A stretch of 62,375 nucleotides of DNA, filler included, from Jimgerdemannia flammicorona (Eukaryota), in assembly GCA_003990765.1 (NCBI GenBank). It is 2 parts of 2 records of this genome, joined end to end, with 100 filler letters (N's around TTAATTAATTAA, not from the genome) between each part and the next. Parts side by side here need not be neighbours in the genome. Positions count along the whole stretch, not along the records: positions 1 to 31,143 come from RBNJ01000410.1; 1 more part is not named here. The stretch is one strand, 5' to 3'. Every line of letters begins with the position of its first letter. Position 1 is the stretch's first letter. A model generated the notes under the pieces. That model was given only the letters and a program-made list of their open reading frames with translations, had not been told where the DNA came from and did no database searches. Both the position numbers and the translations under genes were made by a program. Shown here piece after piece: positions 1 through 12,756 of the stretch.

Positions 1-32
1 AAAAAAAAAAAAAAGCGATTCCCCATACTTAC

Positions 33-2470
33 TAAATTATCCCCAAATACACCACACATACAGTCGAAGGTCCAATTTTCCTCCTCATCCTCCTCCTTGT
101 TCTTATCCGTGTCATCCATCTCCTCATCCTCCTCCTCCGTCTCCATTTCCTCCCCCCCCGCTATCCTGCGCTTCGTCGCTCGTTTCTCCCTTTCCCGCGC
201 CAGCCGTTCCTGCTCCTTTTTACGCTGGTGGTCGCGATCTCGAAGTTGGCGCTCGCGCTGTCGGATGCGGAGTTCGCGCTCGCGGACACGTTGTTCGCGT
301 GCCTGGATTTGAGTCTGGTGGTCCTGTCATTTGTGGCGCAAGGGACAAAAGGAGGAATTGGTTAATGAAATGGAAAGAGAGTGAAAAGGGATGACTTCAT
401 ATGTCATTGATATTTTCAGAAACGTTTAGAGCGTGAATAACGCTTCAATACCATGTTGCCCAGCAAATTATGTGCTATGAACAAAGCCCTTTGATATCCG
501 TGACTCAAAACCATGAAGGCACTATCCCACCAACACTGCGCACCTTTCTCTCTTACCGCTCGAACCGAAAAAAAAAAAAAAAAAAAAAAAAACCGCAACC
601 CACCTTTTCTTCCCTCCTCCTTTGCACCTCCTCCCTTCTCTTCTGCGCTGCCTCCTCTGCCTCCTGCTTCCGCACCTCGTCCATCCTCTCCTTCTCCTGC
701 CTCTCTAATTCCTTGATCAGGATCCGCGAGCTCCTTTTCCGATTCGCAATAGCCTCCAACTTGCGCCGCTCCTTGTCCCGCTCGCGTAGGTCCGCCAACA
801 CTTTGGGTAAGATCTCGTTCGTGGCTTGCTCGTATAGGTACCTCTCGTCCGAGTCGCGCGACCGCGCAAACTGCGCGGGGAACGATTCCCACTCATCCTC
901 TGTCCGGCAGATCAGCCGCCACCGGCCCGCACCTTCCTCTCCTTCATCCGCCTTCGCATCATCGCCCTTCCTCCCGCCACCGTTCGCGTCCGTCATATCT
1001 TCGTCCTCATCTTCGTCCTCTCCGTCCTCTGTGTTCGTCCCTCTCCGCCGGGAGTTCCGTGTCGTCTTTCGTCGCGATCGTGACGAGGAAGATTTGACAC
1101 GGGATTTTGGTTTGGGCTTGGGTGTCACTGCAGGGGCTTCTTTGTAGAGTCGGTTATCTGTGCACGATAAAAAAACAATTGGTTCGATTGATTATGTTAC
1201 CCAAGTCGCACCTGAGTTACCATAAAATGTGACAGAATAATTAACCGGCCTTCATACTCACCGTCAAACAGCCAATATGTGTTACCCTTGGAATCGAAGC
1301 CGATCGGCTCTACCCGCTAGATAAGGAGGAAGAAGACGGAGACGTGAAAAGAAAGGAAGGACAATAATAATAATAATAAGCGACGGTGTCTACCCACGTA
1401 GCCTCTCTCCCAAAACTTTATGCACACTTAGTCGACACCTAACCACGACCTCTCTACCTCACTTGGTATCCGCCTTCGGAAACTTCTCCCACTCCCGCTT
1501 ATAACGTACCCAGTGAAACGCTTCTTCTTCCGTCTTAAGCTGGTCCCGGAACCTTTCCGGGTCGTCAAGTTGCCACTACCGAGTGTGAAGCAGCGGAAAA
1601 CCATAAGAAAGTCAGTGACTGGTGAAAGCCAAGCGCCTGTTTTTGAACAAACAATAGGAGGGGAATGGATGATTTGACCTACCTCGCATAAGATGTGCAA
1701 TATGTTGACCTGTATAGGGCGATCGCGGGGGTAAGCGTGAGCAGATCGGTCTGTGCAATTCTAGTACTGGTCAAGAGGAGCGTGCCAACACTGTTCGGAC
1801 TCAAAATCAGGGGTCGGCTAACCTTCGCCTTCAGGGAGAGGGTATAAAAGTCCACAGGTTTACCCTCAGCATCCAACATAATGTTCTGGTCGGGTGCGCG
1901 TTTGTTGAATTCCTTGACGAGGTGCGGTTGCCAGTTGTCGTGGCTTCCGAGTGGTGGCAGAGTAGGGTGGAGGTGGCGCAGAAAGGATTGAGATGATTGG
2001 TTAGTCAGGGGATAATGTAGGTTGGTTTGCGCAGAAAAGGGATTGCGGAATTGGGGAGACGCGAGATTGTGCGTAGCACGCGTTTCAGGGTCCTTTTTCA
2101 TAGTAGATGCATAAATGTAAACGGAGGGAGGGGATGTACCTGATGTGGCGGTTGAGTGTTAGAGCGCGGAGCATGCGTGCTATGAGGTCGCCGAGGGGAG
2201 TGCTATAGGGAGTCAGGAGTTCCTGTTCAAGGTCCTGGTGGGGTAAAAGGGGAGTGGGCCAAGTGTGGGGAGGCCCCGGGGGGGGGGGTGAGCAGGATTG
2301 TGGATGGCGAAGTTCCGGAACACGAGCCGAGGACAGGACAAGCAGAGAGTTTATTGCTCGCGCACCTCGGTATCGAAATCCGGGTAGTCGAAGGCATCGT
2401 AGAAAGTGTGTATGAATTGGGAGACGGCAGCGAATTGCCAGCGGTTTCTCATTGCGTGGAGTTGGTCCAT
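33..2470 (-). CDS. DDT/WHIM-WSD domain chromatin-remodelling subunit with C-terminal PHD finger (RSF1/Ioc3-like); multi-exon, 3' end runs off the window
   Basis: Exon 1 (2470-2366) reads MDQLHAMRNRWQFAAVSQFIHTFYDAFDYPDFDTE (DDT-like) and is followed by a GT donor. Later exons give WSD-like 'EPIGFDSKGNTYWLFD' and 'WRLICRTEDEWESF...RKRSSRI', a charged coiled coil, and 'WTFDCMCGVFGDNL|gtaagt', the start of a PHD finger. Confidence 0.75.
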
Positions 2471-2683
2471 TGTTCTCGCCACACGAGGAAAAAGAGTCCT
2501 ACCGAGGGTTTTGTGTGTGGGTGTTGTGTTGTTACAGCAGCAGTCTATTCAGGTCAACCGCCGACTGGGAACACATCCCGCATTTGATTCGTCAAAGGAG
2601 CCGCACTGGGTCGGTCACATGATCACGAACCCTATTGTTGTAATTAATACCATTAGGTATATTCTAAAAACACACAAGGATGA

Positions 2684-5600
2684 TCACTCCTCATCGTCAA
2701 AGCGAATATGCATCCCTCCTCCTTCCTCCTCCCCATGATCCCCCACCAATTCCCCTTCCTCTCCGTCATTCCCCGCCACCGCAACCATGCTGCTCTGGTA
2801 CCGCGCAACAGACGGCCGCGCGTTGGTGACCACCGATTTGAGATCAGTGAGAGATTGCTGCAGCAATATCAAAAGCAAATATAAATGCAATCAGCTCAAG
2901 ACCAAATTGTTCACATAAATATCATTACTCGCAACTCACCTGATACGTTTCCACCAGTCCGCCCAGCACCTCCTCCTTTACATTGACTTTCTTCACCTTC
3001 TCCAAATGCCCCGCCTTGCCCAACATCTCCTTGAAGTGCCTTGCTTCCTGCGTCTCCACGAGGGTGTACGCGTCGCCCTCACGCCCGGCGCGCGCCGTTC
3101 GGCCCACGCGGTGCACGTACTTCTTCATGTAGAGCGGCACGTCGTACGAGATGACCGTGTCGACGAGGTCGAGGTCGATGCCGCGGGCGATGAGGTCTGA
3201 GCATATGAGACTGAGATGTAGCATCAATGAATAATGATAACGCGCAAAATAGATGATGAATAGGAAAGCATGGAATGATTATAAATGTCGCAACACATAC
3301 AGCCTGATCTCCCCCTTTTTGAACTTCTTCAAAATCGCGTTCCTCTCCATCTGGCTCAAATCACTCGAGTACTCGGCCGCCGTCGTTATCGCCGCATTCT
3401 CCCTCTTGTCTTTACCATCCGTCATATTCTTGTGATGCTTTTCGAATAACTGGATCAGTATGCACAGCCTGTGCGCCGACTCGATGGATTTGGTGAAGCA
3501 AAGCGCCGAGGCGACGTGCATAATGTGCAACAGGTGCAGAATGAGCAATGGCTTCTGCTCCGTGGGGCAAACCAACATGTGTTCCTATCAAATTGAGACG
3601 AGGGTACATCAATAGGTTTATGAACAAAAAGGAAATTGTACAGAAGCAACACATAGCGAAAAATTATTATTCGACAACAAGGGGAAGGACATGCTTACCC
3701 TCAACCCAGCAGGCGTGGTATACTTCTCCCTCGCAACCTCATCCTCCGCCCCAATTTTCCCAGCAACCTGCACGGCAATGTACTGTGGGTTGAGCAAGTG
3801 CAGACTTGCAATCTTGGCCGGATTGCGCGTCAGCGTAGCGGAGAAGAGGAGTTTTTGGATCTGCATGTAAGGGATGATTGAGTAAAAATTCGATAAGACA
3901 AAGAGTGCTATGCAAGTACTAATATGACAATAGAACGACAGCAAAATAAAGATCGTGGTCTTACGGAAGGAATCTTCGGTTTGTCGATATCAGATACCGG
4001 AACCTTGAATACCGAAGAGAGAAACGCCGGGGCCACCACGTCATGCATCGGAATACTGTTGAAAAAAAAAAAAAAAAAAAAAATCGCACACTTTTCAGGT
4101 TCTTCTTTGAGCCCAACCCAACCAATTCCATCATCAGACAGGCAATCAAACCACTAACTGTAACGCTCAGCAGCCGGCGCACATACCCGTTTCGATCCAC
4201 CTTCACTCCGACGCGCTCCCTCGCGCTCCCTTGCTCCCCGCGACCAGGCTGCGTCACCCTCATAATGTGCGTCAGCCAATCCTGGTAGCTTTGGTTCAGC
4301 AGCCGGTCCGCCTCGTCAATGACGAGAAACCGCAAGTGCTGCAGCGTAAAGTTGGGAGTGCCGTTTAGGTGATCCATTAACCGGCCAGGAGTGGCGATGA
4401 GGATGTCGATGCGTGAAGAGCCGCCGGCGAGGCTGGTGGGGTTTGTTGATTGAGGAAAGGGGTGAGGGATGAGGCTCGTAACGGGCTGCTTGAAAATCGG
4501 GTATATACACACGTACATCTCGTTCGATTCACCAATCAGATGCGCCTGTTCGTGAGGGAAAGAATGCTGCCCCGTTGCCGTACCAATCTTGAGATCTGTG
4601 CCCTTACAAAAGGCGTCGAAAGTTTCCTTGACTTGCGCCACTAAATCGCGCGTGGGCAGGATGATGAGGGCGCGGAGGCGGGTGACGACGCGTTTGGAGA
4701 GGATCTGGCGGAACAAAAACATCATGTGGTCCATCGTGTGGTCAATTCAGAGTGAATTGCAAAGTTTCGCAAGGGCCATGAGATTACGAACCTCGACAAT
4801 GGGCAGAACATATGCTAGAGTCTTGCCGCTACCCGTAGGGGCGGAGACGCACAGGTCGCCGGGTGGTCGCCGGGTGTCGCTTAGGCTTCGCGAACGAAGA
4901 AAGATAGGTATAACAGCCGTTTGGACTAAAATGGATGGATATACATGATAAAGCAGCGGCACAAAAGGGTACAATGATGCTTCCCCATCCCGTGCATACC
5001 TGCAAAAAATTCTTCGATTCCCAACTCCTTGCACCTCCCTGTTAGCTTCTTGTTTAATCCGAACACCGACTCCTCCACAGGAGTCACCGTCTCTGGTGCA
5101 ACGATAGTGGGGTTGGCAAGCCAATCCGGTATACCCATTGATCTCATGGCCGCCGTGTCGCGTGTGGGCTGCTTGGGCTGAAAATCCGGGAAGGCTTGCA
5201 ACCCAATGACTTCGGGGATTTCGTTGTCTTCCGGCACATCCTCACTGTCCACGTCCATGAACTCGCGTTCGTCAACGGGGGGTGATGCGGAAGTGGGGAC
5301 GGCTTCGGCAGCGGCGCGTTGCGATGCGAATCGCTCGAGCTCTTCGGTAGACAGCTCGCGTCGTTTTTTTTTCTTTGAGTTCATCTTTGTTTTTTGTGGG
5401 GGTTTTGCGGCAGAATTGCCAGCGTCTATCCGTTGCGGCTGTGGTCGCGAATCTGCATTGTTCTCATGGGGAACCTCAGGTTGTTCGTGTTCATATTTAC
5501 GTTTTGGCTTCAGGCGAGCGTTGAGCTTTGACAGACGGTCCTTTTGGCGCTCGTAGGAGGGTCCGTCGCGCTGATCGTCGAAGCGAGCTATGGAGAACAT
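2684..5600 (-). CDS. DBP6: ATP-dependent DEAD-box RNA helicase Dbp6/DDX51 (60S biogenesis); multi-exon
   Basis: Starts MFSIARF. Motifs [47 protein letters not shown] and [12 protein letters not shown] lie in GT-AG bounded exons; stop TGA at 2686-2684. Confidence 0.92.
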
Positions 5601-5744
5601 GTGGGTACGCGTAGAGTGGCTTATGACAAAGAAAAATGGGAGAGCAGTCACCACGACACTAATTCAGGAGGGTGATGACATCATCATGCTGACTGCCATA
5701 AACTCTCCACTCCATTCTGTTTTCTTTAATTCTTCTTCTTAATT
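5601..5744. promoter_or_regulatory. 144-bp bidirectional promoter between DBP6 and CWC24 with a CRE/ATF-like palindrome
   Basis: Divergent start codons at 5600 and 5745; GATGACATCATC around 5674-5685. Confidence 0.55.
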
Positions 5745-6925
5745 ATGGCCGACAACGACACAACCACAGCCATCACACCCGACGACGCTACAGTTCCTTT
5801 CTTTAAGAAGCGCTCTGCAAACAAAAATCTCCGCAAGCGCAAGGCATCTCCCGCCCCAGAGGACTCGGCAAATCCCTTGAAACCCACAGAGCCTGCATCC
5901 GACGACGACAACGAGTCTGTCTCTGCCGTTGTCACAAAGATCCCAAAGACGACGGCTGCGAACCCCTTCATCCAAACCACTGCTCGCTCCCGTAAGGAGG
6001 ATGACATCATTGGCGTGCGCTATGCCTCGAACCGCTCCGCCGCCAACTCCAACACTAACGATGCCGCTCGCTACAACACCGAATGGGAGCTCGAGCATGA
6101 GCAGCAGGAGAAGACGAAAAAGGCTAATGTGATGGGAAACGCGGCCTCGTCGTCGTCGGCGGCGGCGGCTGGGACGAGCGTCGATACGGAGAAGAGGTTG
6201 GCGAATCCAAAGATGGCAAGGGGACCGCAGAGAGCGCCGGCGAATATCCGTGTGACCGCTGTGTTCGATTACAAACCGGATCTATGCAAAGATTACAAAG
6301 GTGCGGCATGTTTTACTTTATATATAATGCTGTTTTGCTGCTGGGTGGCATTGTCGCATACCGATTCTTCATCGATATCTGGTTGCTAATCCATCCTTTC
6401 TCTTGCAACCCATTAGAAACCGGCTTCTGCGGCTACGGCGACTCGTGCATCTTCCTCCACGACCGCTCCGACTACAAGTCCGGTTGGCAGCTTGAGCGAG
6501 AGTGGGATGAAGCGCAAAAGAACAAGACGACGTTCGGCAAGCGTGACCCGAACCGGTACGCCGTCGCGGGCTCGGACGCCGAGGGCTCAGAGGGTTCGGA
6601 CTCGGATGACGAGCTTCCCTTCGCCTGTCTCATCTGCCGCGAGGAATTCAACAACCCGGTCATGACAAAGTGTGGCCACTACTTTTGTGAGAACTGCGCC
6701 ATTAAGAACTACGCCAAGAGTCCGAAGTGCTTCGCGTGCGGCGCTGCCACCGGAGGTATTTTCAACGCCGCAAAGAACCTCAAAGCGAAATTGGTGGAGA
6801 GGAAGAAGGCGAGGGAGCTGGCAGGAGAGGAGAGTAAAGGGGATGGGAGGGAGGAAATGGAGAAGAGCAAGGATGATGACGAGAATGATGGCGAGGATGA
6901 CGACGAGGATGATGACGAGGATTAG
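5745..6925 (+). CDS. CWC24: Pre-mRNA splicing factor Cwc24/RNF113 (CCCH zinc finger + RING); 2 exons
   Basis: GPQRAPANIR...DYKPDLCKDYK|ETGFCGYGDSCIFLHDRSDYKSGWQLEREW; RING LPFACLICR...TKCGHYFCENCA...CFACG; intron 6301-6416 (GTGCGG...TAG). Confidence 0.95.
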
Positions 6926-7607
6926 CGAGTATTAGTGTCGTGCATATTGCTCTTGGAAATATAGTATATCATTGATAAAAGGGTGTCAATGAGGTGGAGG
7001 GCCTGATGTAACAGACGATTTTATTTTATTTTTTGTTATTTTTTTTTTTTTTTTTTTTTTTTTGGCTGCTTCGTTTAATTTGTTCCCGATCCATGATACT
7101 GTCTTTGTGCTCGGTGGGATTGTCTACCTCAGTTGTATTCTGGAATAAATTTTGTACGTAGGAAATGGTGCCTTTTGCACGTATCCTACGCGTGATTGCA
7201 TGTGTCTACTGCGAGAGGTCGTTACTGGCACCTTTTCTTGGCACCACATTGGTTCTTGACCCTTCACGTGCACCAATCACATCAAAACCATGCTATGCTT
7301 TTCATTTTTCAAAATTGGTTTTGTCCGTTGACTCAAAGGTATGGGAGAGCTTGGGCTTTATTTTATTTTTTTTTACGTGAAGTCTATTTTATGCTTCGTT
7401 GGGATTGGCAAAGCAAGAACTTATGTATTTACATATTTACCTACCAGACAAAAATATATTGAATTTGATTTGCATGTTCGAATCAGAGGAATTCAAGTTA
7501 TGGAATGAAGTAGCCTCAGGCTCTCGTATTTATCATGTAGAGAAAACGTGTCTCATTGCACCAGAACACGTTTCAAAAAATATATAACTTATATGGTCCA
7601 TTTTCTC

Positions 7608-9107
7608 TCAACTTTTGCTAGCCGTGAAAATTACGACACGACACTGCGGACAACGTGCCCTCCCGCACCCCCGCTCCAAATTCCCTTCATCCCTCACGAA
7701 CCCGTCCATTATCGTCTCGATCTCTTCCAGATACTCATGGGCGATCCCGACGCGCAACGTCTCGAGTTCCGGACAGCTTTCGACAACGGCACGGACGAAC
7801 GCCGGCACAACACGATGGCACGAGACGAGCTCGAGCCGCCGCAGCCTGGGCCAGGGGATACTATCTGTCTCCAGCTCCGAATCCGACTGATCCGACAACG
7901 ACGGCGCCGCCGACAGTAACTCCCGCGCCTGCCGCCGCGGATACAACGACGACGGCGCCGACGCTGACCCCGGCGCCTGCCGCTGCTGCGCCGAGACCCG
8001 GCGGCGGCCGGTCATCGCAACGCCGACGGGGGACAGGTCAAGGATCTCGAGGCGCGGCATGTCGAGCTCAGCGAGGAAAGCGAGAAATTCGTCGGCGCTT
8101 TCGGTAGTGTCTCCGGCGTTAGTCGGGAGCATAAGCGAGACGAGGGTGGAGGAGCAGCCGAGGAGTAGGATGCGCAGCGACGGGTAGATTGGCGCGGCCT
8201 CCGTGCAGTAGGTGTTGTCGAGCTCCAAGACTTCCAGGAGGGGCGGCGGTGTGACGGCCAGACGGGCGATGGTCGGCCCCAGCGCGATGCAGTCGTCTGA
8301 GTCCTGGTCGCGGATCGATAGCTGACGGAGCTTGGGCCAGCTGGCAATCGTAGTGGCGAGGTCATTAGGATGGGCGGTGGAGACAGGGCTATGGAACAGC
8401 GCGGTGGTGATGTGCAGGCAAGCGCGGAGAGATTGGAGGACCGTAAGGTGCAGGTCCGAGGAGGTGAGGTGAATGTGTCGGAGGTGGAGGCGGATGTGGT
8501 TGATGAGAGTACAGATCGGATGGAGTGAAGCTTTGGAGGAAGAAGGTGTGAGGGCCTTAATGCTGCGCGTTCGGAAAAGGCTCCTCTGTTCAACGTAGTT
8601 GAAATTTGATAGGTGTAAGGTGGCGGTGTTGGCGAGGGTCGGGGAGAGACGAGAGACGAAGTCACTAAGGGGTTTCAACTCTGTTCGTGTCGATATACCG
8701 CTGAGATTGAGCTTCAGGGCTTTTGTTTGAAGCGGCAGGATACCGAGAAGGCGACCGATGGCATCCACGCGTGGCTGGTCGAGCCTCGCGGTGCGAAATC
8801 TGGAAACAAAGAGCCTCTGGATGACGATTTCCACCGTTTGGATGAGCTCGTTGTGGTTCAGGCCATAGCGCCTTGACTCAGTCATGAGGCCAACGAGAAG
8901 CTCCAGATCCGCATTGGTATATTTTTCCATATCGTGGCTCAGGTGCTTGTCGTTGGCTCCCACGAGGAGAGGGTAGGCACAATTGTACCAGAAGCGGCAC
9001 ACCAGGCTGCAGGACAGGAGGCCGAGGTGAGGGAAGGGGGATGTGTCAGGCTCGTCACGGACATGAGCGAAGATTTCGAGCAGCAGCTCTGCGGCGAGGT
9101 GCTTCAT
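7608..9107 (-). CDS. F-box / RNI-like leucine-rich-repeat protein, intronless (499 aa)
   Basis: N-terminal F-box LAAELLLEIFAHV...LLSCSLVCRFW; LRR-like segments WPKLRQLSI, LEVLELD, MPRLEILDLS, WPRLRRLELVSC and CPELETLRV. Confidence 0.8.
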   Translation of the reverse strand: MKHLAAELLLEIFAHVRDEPDTSPFPHLGLLSCSLVCRFWYNCAYPLLVGANDKHLSHDMEKYTNADLELLVGLMTESRRYGLNHNELIQTVEIVIQRLFVSRFRTARLDQPRVDAIGRLLGILPLQTKALKLNLSGISTRTELKPLSDFVSRLSPTLANTATLHLSNFNYVEQRSLFRTRSIKALTPSSSKASLHPICTLINHIRLHLRHIHLTSSDLHLTVLQSLRACLHITTALFHSPVSTAHPNDLATTIASWPKLRQLSIRDQDSDDCIALGPTIARLAVTPPPLLEVLELDNTYCTEAAPIYPSLRILLLGCSSTLVSLMLPTNAGDTTESADEFLAFLAELDMPRLEILDLSPVGVAMTGRRRVSAQQRQAPGSASAPSSLYPRRQARELLSAAPSLSDQSDSELETDSIPWPRLRRLELVSCHRVVPAFVRAVVESCPELETLRVGIAHEYLEEIETIMDGFVRDEGNLERGCGRARCPQCRVVIFTASKS

Positions 9108-9346
9108 GGGGGAGGAGGGGGGTGTTGGGGATGGATGAGATTGTCAATGGGGGGGGGGAGGGTCAGGGTGGCGCAGGGGACTGGTGGCGCGCATCATGTG
9201 TCCCAGGACCAGGAACGATTGGTGACGTTGCAACACAAAGCCCAAAAAGGTGGCTTGCTCTCATGCTGCATATAGCACCCCCATCAGCCAGCCCACCGCA
9301 GCTGTCATTTCTCTTCTCTCTTCCACCCTCCTCCCGTCCAGTCACA

Positions 9347-10282
9347 ATGTCCGCCTCCTCAAACTGCTTCGAATGCGGTTCTCAGCCGCGTTTTCTCAAC
9401 AACAACGGCACTCTCTCTCTATACTGTAGCCGCAGGTGTCTCGGCAGCGCTAGACAGCACGGTCGCTCCGACGAGCTTTGTCATTTGTGCCATGTGAAGC
9501 CCACCTACATCGACAAGGATCACAAGCAATCAAATTTCTGCTCCCGCGCTTGCATGACCGCCGCTTCCACCCGTCCAAACAACAACGGTCCAAACAACAA
9601 CGCTCCGAACAACAGCGCTCCGAACAACAGCGGGAGGCCCAACAACTACAACAACGGCGGTGGGCCCAACAACTACAATAACAGTGCTCCAAACAACAGT
9701 GGTGGGCCCAACAACTACAACAACAGCGGTAGGCCCAACAACTACAACAACAGCTCTCCGAACAACAGCGCTCCGAACAACAGTGGTTGGCCCAACAACT
9801 ACAACAACAACGCTCCGAACAACAGCGGTAGGCCCAACAACAACAACAACAGCTACAACAACAACAACAACAACAACAACGATCTTTGTTGCGTCTGTAG
9901 GTCGCGGCCCCGCTGGATTGATAACACCGGTCGCCAGACCCCGTACTGCAGCCGAACGTGCGCATCTTCTGCGTCCTCCGCGCCTTCCGCGCCATCCCAA
10001 CGTCCCATGTGCAGGACTTGCCGTACCAACCCGATATACATCGATGGCAAGTCAAAGCCCAGCAATTACTGCTCGAAGCGATGCCGCGATGCCGATTCGC
10101 GTGCGATGACCCCCCAGTCGTCTCAGAGAGGCAACGGCGGATCTCAGGCTGGTACCAATGGTAGGACGAACGTGAATATGTACATGGCCACTTATGATGA
10201 CGGAAACGTCAGCGTCACTAGTATTTATTATGAAGAGGAAGAGGTCGATGATTCGAATATGCCTCATTATATCAATGTGTGA
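9347..10282 (+). CDS. Intronless 311-aa protein with four C-x2-C-x16-C-x3-C zinc fingers and a central Asn-rich low-complexity region
   Basis: ATG at 9347 in acaATG context within ORF 9041-10282; four repeats ending (Y/F)CSxxC; ~100 aa of PNN(Y)NN(S/G) repeats encoded by AAC codons. Confidence 0.8.
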   Translation: MSASSNCFECGSQPRFLNNNGTLSLYCSRRCLGSARQHGRSDELCHLCHVKPTYIDKDHKQSNFCSRACMTAASTRPNNNGPNNNAPNNSAPNNSGRPNNYNNGGGPNNYNNSAPNNSGGPNNYNNSGRPNNYNNSSPNNSAPNNSGWPNNYNNNAPNNSGRPNNNNNSYNNNNNNNNDLCCVCRSRPRWIDNTGRQTPYCSRTCASSASSAPSAPSQRPMCRTCRTNPIYIDGKSKPSNYCSKRCRDADSRAMTPQSSQRGNGGSQAGTNGRTNVNMYMATYDDGNVSVTSIYYEEEEVDDSNMPHYINV

Positions 10283-12756
10283 GTGTGTGTAGGTGATTTC
10301 GAATCAGGATATATATCTCTCTCTACCCTCGCTAGATTGCTCGCTACTTTTTCTGTACTATTTATATTTCGTTGAGCGTTCCGAGACCAATTAGCTATCT
10401 TCCCTCCGTGCCACATTGTCCTAATGAGAAACACGGGGCTAATGAATCTAGAGCGCCCAATCTATAACCAAATATTATTATCCTATTCAAAATCACAACT
10501 CGACGCTACAACGTTAATCATAAAGTAGATGAGATCGACTTTAACGTTCGCATCAATTATGTACGAAAACGTTTTTAGTGACGGATACTCCTAAATCAGG
10601 ATGCCAAATCTAATCAAGAGCCAATACCACCTTCCAGATGAACCGTCGTACACCATTTTTGTGTACCTCACACGGTTACTCTTCCTGGAATGTACACAAT
10701 CCGGTTGTGGTGGCGCTTGCATAAGGTGGCGAAGGCTCGTCGTGATTGATGGAAACCAAATAACTAATGTGCCCAAAAAGTAGTTTCGGGACAAGTCGTC
10801 AGCCAACGCAGACGGGCCATTTCTCAAAGATCCTAGTCGCGGAGGCCCCATTCGGATTCGAATATAATATGTCAAAAGCTTGATGCAACCGTAATAGTTC
10901 GAGGTCACTTGGAGATATACTGAACATGCCGCACTCATCTTTTATGGATTTCACACCGCAACTTTACACGCACGGGAAGAGCGAATTTTTGACGAGAGGT
11001 TTAGTACAGTGATGCCAGAAGTATGACCGCGGGATATTATTTTGTTGTATCTTGCATAGGTCTAATCGACAGCCTCGATTCACCTCGTCATAAAAAATGA
11101 TCTCTCTCCAATTCCACCTGCAAAATTACCTCCCATAAACTGTCGTTCTAACAAGTCCTCCTAGCACTCGTGTGTCGCTGATGAGTCGCTGGAAGTAATC
11201 AAGTAAGTTCCACTCTTGAGCCGATCTGCCGTGTTCATTACACCCAGATCAAATTATTGACCACTGCCCTCTCAGTCCGTTTCCGATCTCGATTCATTCG
11301 CAGATCCAACATTGCACGCAATGTTTAAGAACAATATACAACGCAGTGCCACGGTGTTTTATTTTTACGAACTTTTCTGATGCTAAAAAGGAATGTCAGC
11401 ATACTTGGGACCTCTTTCACCCAACAAACGAGCTCGAGAAGATATTTTTCCCACACTCAGTCGTCAGCGCAGCTACGGCAACGCGAAGATGGCTCTCTTG
11501 TAGCCCTCGCAGAATCCATACTCTAGTGCGTATAGTGTGCGCTCCCTTTTTCCGAACCTCCTTCGCCGTTTCCGCCAACGCAATGTTGGCCAACATGACA
11601 CCCAGTAACAACGATAACGCAGACCCGTACAAAAGGAGGCCAACGGGTCCGTCAACGGACTTTTTTTGTTGCACGTCCAAGTGATCAAGACGACACAGAC
11701 GTGACGTAAAGAACCACGAAACCCCCATTATTTCCCTGTGCATGCTCGGGCTACTGCCAGAGGCTTCAAGGATAGGCTGAGAGTGACGCAAAAGAGTAAT
11801 TATTCCTCGCTTGGTGCTTCGAATATCGCTATGGAATCAAACAGGACAGCACCTCGATGGTACAAGGAATCTGCCAATAAAGCTTATTTTCAGGCGACAC
11901 CGTCTCCCAGGACATAAACCTCTCATTCTTGGCGTGGCTCCGTAACATCCCCAAGGCGTCCGTCTTCTGAGACCCAACAAGGACGCCGGATCGCCTGCTG
12001 GACTTCAAGCTGGAGCATACGCGAACCGCCATCAACCCAACTACCCTGCATAGCTTGCAGAAGCGCTATCGTTGCTTGCTAAGATACTAGGGCACACTAC
12101 CTCCAAAGACATTTGTCATCCTATACCTCGGGCTGTTTGCTTTCCATGAAATCTTCTTCCCCTTCCCCACTCAGGGCTTGTTGATGGATACGCAATGTCT
12201 TTACTCATACGTTCCACCAGAGCATCATGTTTTTATTTGGCAGTGGAAGCGAAAAAAAGAAGTTCCCACCGTACCTGGAATGTATATGGAAGACGCCAAT
12301 TTATAAATAACTGTTTTTGACCACGCTGGCGCGCGGTTGTGGGATTCACATGTTTCAGGAGACGGAAATAATAATAATAATAATAATAATAATAATTGGG
12401 CGCTCCAAATGAGCGTGCCATAACCAGCGGTAGCTGAATCATATCGCTTGTACTTGGCGAACCAATTCTCCTTTCACTTCATATAACTTTAGATGATAAT
12501 TGCCATTCGCCAACGAAGTTAGATTGTAGCGTATCTGCACGTTAACCATATGCCGTGGTTTAATCCAGATATTCGTTTTGAAGCAGGTTGAGAAAGCCTA
12601 CTGCAACGTTTGCATTGCAGCAACATGTGTTGGTTAAGTTATTGATGAACGTCGAGTTAGGATCAGGTGCCGTGTCTTCAAGTCTAAATGCAAGCGCGCA
12701 ATGATAAGGAAAGCGGAGGGAGGTTCCCTGAGCTGTAGACAGGTGGCAAACCCACT

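Noticed and set aside
9450..10109. Poly-Cys, poly-Val and poly-Thr ORFs
   Set aside because: Alternative frames of the (AAC)n tract in the zinc-finger gene.
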